Shown here piece after piece: positions 59,505 to 64,000 of a stretch of 64,000 bases of DNA. The translations under genes were made by a program, and so were the position numbers. The notes under the pieces are model-generated. The model did not search any database. It was not told the origin of the DNA and saw nothing but the letters and a program-made list of their open reading frames with translations. This stretch comes from an uncultured Chloroflexia bacterium (GTDB lineage Bacteria > Chloroflexota > Limnocylindria > Limnocylindrales > CSP1-4), in NCBI GenBank assembly GCA_963835945.1, contig CAWIHR010000011.1, positions 2,447-66,446 on the forward strand, read 5' to 3'. Within the stretch, counting starts at the first letter, position 1, and every line of letters begins with the position of its first letter.

Positions 59505-60088
59505 CCGGTGGCTGCCGCAGCATGGGCAAGCCCGTCGGCCGCGGCCACGCCCCGCTCGAGCTCTGCGGCGAACCGGCCCACGAGGGCGCCGAACGCGCCG
59601 GGGTCGTCGGCGGGTGCTTCGAGCACGGTCGCTTCTGCGCCGAGCCGGTCAGACGGGGCCGCGTCGCGCGGTAGCACGGCGACCACCTGCGCGCCATGGA
59701 AAGCCGCCTCGTCCAGCGCTCCGGCTTCGGCCTCAGGATCCAGCGGCTCAGCCAGCAGCAGCACGCCGAAGTCGACAAGGTAGCCGAGTCCCAGCTCTAC
59801 GTCTGCCCGGTCGAGCCGCGGCAGTGAGCCCGGCACAGCACCCACCTCGGGGGTATGCACGGCAGGGTCGCGCAAGAGCGCCGCGTGGCCAATCCCGTAG
59901 CGGGAGAGGCCGACCACCACAGCGTCTCCAGAGGCATCGTCGCCGATCGAGCCCACCAGCTCCACGCGTGCACCGGCGGCAACCGCGGCGTTCGCGATGG
60001 ACACGCACAACCCCGCCTGGACACAGTCCGCCGGCTCCCGCGAGCGGCAAGGTCGTGCCGCACGCGGGCGGCCGAGTACCACGATCAT
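59486..60088 (-). CDS. Short PfkB/ribokinase-like protein lacking the usual catalytic GAGD motif
   Basis: MIVVLGRP...ANAAVAAGARVELVGSIGDDASGDAVVVGLSRYGIGHAALL resembles a PfkB N-terminus, and the C-terminal DDPGAFGALVGRFAAELERG stands in for DTTGAGDAF. It is only ~200 aa. The tracked ORF extends to 60349. Confidence 0.4.
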   Translation of the reverse strand: MIVVLGRPRAARPCRSREPADCVQAGLCVSIANAAVAAGARVELVGSIGDDASGDAVVVGLSRYGIGHAALLRDPAVHTPEVGAVPGSLPRLDRADVELGLGYLVDFGVLLLAEPLDPEAEAGALDEAAFHGAQVVAVLPRDAAPSDRLGAEATVLEAPADDPGAFGALVGRFAAELERGVAAADGLAHAAAATGWERRS

Positions 60089-60164
60089 CCGCGCTGCAGC
60101 GTAACGGGCGCACCCTGGCCCGGCAAGCGCCGTGCCCCCACGCCGGCACGTCCCGGCACCCGCG

Positions 60165-61631
60165 TCAGTCCTGGCCCGGGACGTCGCCGGGCTCGGCCAC
60201 TCCGCCCAGCCCGGAGAGCGCGGGGTCGTGCACGACGTCGACCATGCCGAACGCCGCCTGCAAGCCAGCCTCGATACGAGTAGCGTCTCCGACGAGCACG
60301 ACGCTCGCGTCATCGGCGCGAACATGCGACGCGGCTGCCAGCACCTCATCCGCCGTGACAGCGGCTACAGCTGGACGGTAGCGGTCCAGCTCATCGTCCG
60401 GCAACTTCATCGCGATGAGCCCCGAGATCGCCGCGACGACCTGCGACGCCGTCTCGAAGCGCAGCGGAAACACGCCGATCAGGAAGTCCCGGGCCGCATC
60501 GAGCTCAGCGCCCGTCGGGGGTTCCTGCGCCATGTGCCGGAGGACGTCCAGCGCGTCACCGATCGCGGGCACCGTGACTTCCGTCTGCACCGCCATGCGC
60601 ACGGCGAACGGGCCGGGCACGCGCCGAAAGTCGAAGCCTGCGTGCACGCCGTAGGTGTACCCGCGCTCCTCGCGGAGCAGGCGCTGCAGGCGCGAGTCGA
60701 AGAGCCCGCCGAGGATCGCGCTCATCACGACGACAGCGTGGTAGTCGGGAATCCGGCGCGCAAGCCCCACGTGTCCGATCCGGACTTCCGTCTGAGACGA
60801 ACCCGGCCGGTCTACGATCACGATCCGGCGCCGGGCGGGATTAGGATTGGCTTCGAATGAGCCCGCCGCAGCGTGGTCGGATGGACCGATCCAATCGCCG
60901 AAGCGCTCGGCCACGAGGTCGACGACGGGGATGCCGTCCACCTCACCGGCCACGATGAACGTGGCCTGCTGTGGGTCCAAGAGCGTAGAGTAGCGCCCCA
61001 CGACAGCCGCCCGATCGATGCCCGGCACGGTCTCCTCGGTACCGGCAGTGGGCCGCGCGAACGGAGACGTGGGCGCGTAGACAGCGGCCGCGAATGCCCG
61101 CTCTGCACGGCGCCGCGGGTCAGCGCGCGCCTGGAGCAGGTCGTTCTCGCGTTCCTGGCGCAGCCGCGTCACTTCGCTCTCCGGGAAAGTCGGCTCCAGC
61201 ATCACCTCTGCCAGCAGGTCGAGCGCTGGCGCCAGGTTGCGACTCGGCACGTCCACTGTCCCTGCGGTGGTCTCCCAGCCGCACCCAGCCTGGATGCCGG
61301 CGCCCAGCCGCTCAGACGCCTCGATGAGGCCGATCGCATCGTGCCGCGCGGTCCCCTCGGTCAGCGCCTCCGCCATCAGCACAGTGACGCCCGCGAGCGC
61401 GCCCGGTTCCGCGCCCGCGCCCCCTTCGAGCAGCATCTGCGCTGCAATCAGTGGACGCCCAGGAAGGTGCGACACCAGCACCGTCAGTCCATTCGGCAGG
61501 ACGCTCCGCACGAAGCCCGGGAAATGGTACGGACGGGGGGTACGCGGCGCAGGTCGCACGGCGAGCACCCCGAGGCTACCCTCAGCGCGCGGACGGGCGG
61601 CGGCGCGGCTACCGGAGTCGCCACCCGTCAT
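60165..61631 (-). CDS. M16-family peptidase-like protein without the HxxEH zinc motif (non-catalytic partner)
   Basis: 488-aa ORF with the M16 fold pattern (LPNGLTVLV..., RLQRLLREERGYTYGV). No HxxEH motif is present. It overlaps the upstream M16 gene by 4 nt. Confidence 0.75.
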   Translation of the reverse strand: MTGGDSGSRAAARPRAEGSLGVLAVRPAPRTPRPYHFPGFVRSVLPNGLTVLVSHLPGRPLIAAQMLLEGGAGAEPGALAGVTVLMAEALTEGTARHDAIGLIEASERLGAGIQAGCGWETTAGTVDVPSRNLAPALDLLAEVMLEPTFPESEVTRLRQERENDLLQARADPRRRAERAFAAAVYAPTSPFARPTAGTEETVPGIDRAAVVGRYSTLLDPQQATFIVAGEVDGIPVVDLVAERFGDWIGPSDHAAAGSFEANPNPARRRIVIVDRPGSSQTEVRIGHVGLARRIPDYHAVVVMSAILGGLFDSRLQRLLREERGYTYGVHAGFDFRRVPGPFAVRMAVQTEVTVPAIGDALDVLRHMAQEPPTGAELDAARDFLIGVFPLRFETASQVVAAISGLIAMKLPDDELDRYRPAVAAVTADEVLAAASHVRADDASVVLVGDATRIEAGLQAAFGMVDVVHDPALSGLGGVAEPGDVPGQD

Positions 61632-62983
61632 GCCGCTTCCTCCCGCGTGCCGGCAACCTCGGGGACGTAGGTCAGTACGGCGAGGTTGTCCGGCCGAACC
61701 ACCTCCGTCACCACGCGGCAGATTGCCGCCGCGTCGACCGCCAGGTAGCGCGCAAGCTGCTCGTTGATCATGCCGGGCCGGTCGAACAGGGTCGCGTACA
61801 TGGCAAGTCTGTCGGCCACCTCCTCGATCCGTCCGAGCGCGGCGAGTTCCTCCAATTCGATCAAGGCGCGCGCGCGCGCCATCTCGTCATCAGTGACGGG
61901 TTCCGCCGCCAGCCGGGCAAGCTCCTCGCACATGACCGCCTCGACGGTCGCGGCATCGCTCTCGGGCCGCACCGTCGCCCAGCCGGTCAGCACGGACGCG
62001 CCCTCCACAAGCGGCAGCAAGAAGAGCGCGACGTCCTGGGCGATCCGCAGTTCGCGCACCAGCTTCCGGTAGAGCCGGCTCCCCTGGCCACCGGCGGCGA
62101 TCTGCGTCGCGACCTCGAGTGCGTCGAACGCGGGCGTCCCAAAGGGCGGCGTCCGGTAGCCCAAATGCACGCGCGCGAAGGGCACCCGGTCAGGGACCCT
62201 CACGCGCACTTCCCGGCCGATATGCGGCGGCAGGCTGAGATCGCCCAGCGGCGGGATGCCGGGACCAGGCGGAATCGGGTCGAAGTACGTGGCCGCCGCG
62301 GTCAGCCCCTCCTCCGGTTCAACGTCGCCCGCGATCGCCAGAACCGCGTTGTCGGGCGCGTAGTACGTGCGGAAGAAGCTGCGGACATCCTTGAGGGAGG
62401 CTGCGTCGAGATCCGCCATCGACCCGATCGGGGTGTGCTGGTAAGGGTGCCCGGACGGCATCACCGCACCAAGGAGCCGCTCGTAGAACGAGCCGTAGGG
62501 CCGATTGTCGTAGCTCTGGCGCTTCTCGTTCTTCACGACGTCCCGCTGGTTGTCCAGGTTCTCCTGAGTCACCGCGTCGAGAAGGGTCGCCATGCGATCC
62601 GCCTCGAGCCATAGTCCAAGCTCGAGGCGGTGCGACGGCAGCGTCTCGAAGTAGTTCGTACGGTCGAAATCCGTGGTGCCGTTCACCACCCCGCCGGCGG
62701 CCTGGACGATCGCGAGATGCTCCGCCTTGCCGACATGTCGGGACCCTTGGAACATCAGGTGCTCGAAAAGGTGGGCGAAACCCGTGCGCCCCGGGGCCTC
62801 GTGCTTCGACCCGACGTCATACCAGACGTTGATCGCCACCACCGGGGCCAGATGGTCCGGCGCCACGATCACCCGCAAGCCGTTGGCGAGGCGACGCTCG
62901 GTGAAACGGACCACGGGGAAGCTGGGCGGGATCCCGGGCATGCGACCTCCGATTAGGGCCGGCACGACGTCCACCCGCTGCAT
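61628..62983 (-). CDS. M16-family zinc peptidase (insulinase-like, HxxEH present)
   Basis: LANGLRVIVAPDH..., GFAHLFEHLMFQGS (HxxEH), NGTTDFDRTNYFE and RDVVKNEKRQ. An alternative start MPGIPPSF lies at 62941. Confidence 0.85.
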   Translation of the reverse strand: MQRVDVVPALIGGRMPGIPPSFPVVRFTERRLANGLRVIVAPDHLAPVVAINVWYDVGSKHEAPGRTGFAHLFEHLMFQGSRHVGKAEHLAIVQAAGGVVNGTTDFDRTNYFETLPSHRLELGLWLEADRMATLLDAVTQENLDNQRDVVKNEKRQSYDNRPYGSFYERLLGAVMPSGHPYQHTPIGSMADLDAASLKDVRSFFRTYYAPDNAVLAIAGDVEPEEGLTAAATYFDPIPPGPGIPPLGDLSLPPHIGREVRVRVPDRVPFARVHLGYRTPPFGTPAFDALEVATQIAAGGQGSRLYRKLVRELRIAQDVALFLLPLVEGASVLTGWATVRPESDAATVEAVMCEELARLAAEPVTDDEMARARALIELEELAALGRIEEVADRLAMYATLFDRPGMINEQLARYLAVDAAAICRVVTEVVRPDNLAVLTYVPEVAGTREEAA

Positions 62984-63103
62984 CTATCCATCCCGGCAGA
63001 ACCGATTGTGCCACCACGGTTGGGAGCGCGCCCACGACCGCGCGCGGCTCAGCCGGTCCGGTCGGCACTTCCGGGCGCGTGTTAGCCCGGTATGCTGGCC
63101 GGT

Positions 63104-64000
63104 ATGAAGACTCTCCCCGCCCTCCCGACCCGGCGCGCCGACGGTGTCGTCGAGGTCCACTGGCGTGGCGCGGACCTCCTCGAGCACCCGCTGCTCAACA
63201 AAGACCTCGCGTTCGACGAGGACGAGCGCGACGAGCTGGGCCTGCGTGGCCTGCTGCCGCCCGGCATTCGTTCCATCGAAGAGCAGGTCGCGCTGGAGCT
63301 CGAGCACGTCCGGCGCAAGACCGACGAGCTCGAGCAGTACATCGGGCTGGCCGCGCTGCAGGACCGCAACGAGACGCTGTTCTACCGGCTGCTGGTGGAG
63401 AACATCGAGGAGTTCATGCCCATCGTCTATACGCCGACGGTGGGACGCGCATGCCAGCAGTTCAGCCATGTGATGCGCCGCCCACGCGGCCTGTGGATCA
63501 CGCCAGACGATTCCGGACGCATCGTCGACCTGCTGCGCAACGCGCGGCACGAGGATGTCCGCCTCATCGTCGTCACCGACAACGAGCGGATCCTGGGCCT
63601 CGGCGACCAGGGCGCCGGCGGCATGGGGATCCCCATCGGCAAGCTGGCCCTGTACACCGCCGGAGCCGGGATCTACCCCTCGCTCACGCTCCCGGTCTCG
63701 CTCGACGTCGGCACCGACAACCAGGCGCTCCTGGCGGACCCGCTGTACATGGGCTACAGCCATCCCCGCCTGCGCGGTGAGCCGTACGACGAGTTCATCG
63801 AGGAGTTTGTCGAGGCCGTCAACCTGGTCTTCCCGCATGCGATCCTGCAGTGGGAAGACTTCAAGCAGCACAACGCCATCCGGGTCCTCGACCGCTTCCG
63901 CCACCGCGTGGCGAGCTTCAACGACGACATCCAGGGCACCGCGGGCGTCGTGCTCGCAGGCCTGTTGGCCGCCCTCCGCATCCTCGGCGAACCGCTCCAT
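63104..64000 (+). CDS. NAD(P)-dependent malic enzyme (large type), 5' part; continues past the right edge
   Basis: Own translation from ATG 63104 gives [20 protein letters not shown]...[24 protein letters not shown]...[29 protein letters not shown]...[35 protein letters not shown]...[20 protein letters not shown]. The frame is open to the window end. It is absent from the ORF track because no stop lies within the window. Confidence 0.9.
   Translation, partial: MKTLPALPTRRADGVVEVHWRGADLLEHPLLNKDLAFDEDERDELGLRGLLPPGIRSIEEQVALELEHVRRKTDELEQYIGLAALQDRNETLFYRLLVENIEEFMPIVYTPTVGRACQQFSHVMRRPRGLWITPDDSGRIVDLLRNARHEDVRLIVVTDNERILGLGDQGAGGMGIPIGKLALYTAGAGIYPSLTLPVSLDVGTDNQALLADPLYMGYSHPRLRGEPYDEFIEEFVEAVNLVFPHAILQWEDFKQHNAIRVLDRFRHRVASFNDDIQGTAGVVLAGLLAALRILGEPLH

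Overview
This is a very GC-rich bacterial chromosomal segment. The gene content looks Chloroflexota- or Actinomycetota-like, but that is not proven. It carries about 55 recognisable genes, mostly on the minus strand.

Gene content from left to right:
- 1-832: an IS110 transposase remnant and a short methyltransferase ORF.
- 856-6443: a membrane-bound, Tat-exported [NiFe] uptake-hydrogenase operon (SRPBCC protein, small subunit, large subunit, cytochrome b, Rrf2 regulator, maturation protease).
- 6935-10879: an ACT / etfB / etfA / ETF-quinone oxidoreductase block.
- 10977-11501: a DsrE-like gene fused abruptly to the tail of an XdhC-like gene.
- 11862-19106: lgt, an ArsC-like protein, a ClC channel, MarR, a GT39 glycosyltransferase and an alpha/beta hydrolase.
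- 19.3-23.4 kb: a mobile-DNA patch with an intact IS256-family element, a second degraded IS256-type transposase and an orphan P-loop/winged-helix replication-like gene.
- 23.5-30.6 kb: a NarL-type two-component pair whose kinase has an N-terminal receiver, then a small repeat protein, a secreted beta-helix protein and a lipoprotein solute-binding protein.
- 30953-31040: tRNA-Leu(UAG).
- 31-64 kb: a housekeeping-like stretch. It holds CIRCE-controlled groEL, cinA, mrp, a class III aminotransferase, a class II aldolase, a degenerate FlaI/CpaF-like ATPase homologue, an MBL hydrolase, a split MetE-like pair, ggt, an M20 peptidase, a GT87-like protein, lhr-nei, a USP, a DevS/DevR-like pair with a CoA-transferase, an M16 peptidase pair and the start of a malic enzyme.

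I saw no rRNA genes, CRISPR arrays or long tandem repeats.

The most striking property is about 20 reading-frame breaks in recognisable genes within the first ~30 kb, against one in the remaining ~33 kb. Many look like single G/C losses in short G/C runs. From sequence alone I cannot tell assembly indels from real gene decay.

I do not see a clear, complete novel multi-gene system. The best candidates for follow-up are listed under findings and are hypotheses only.
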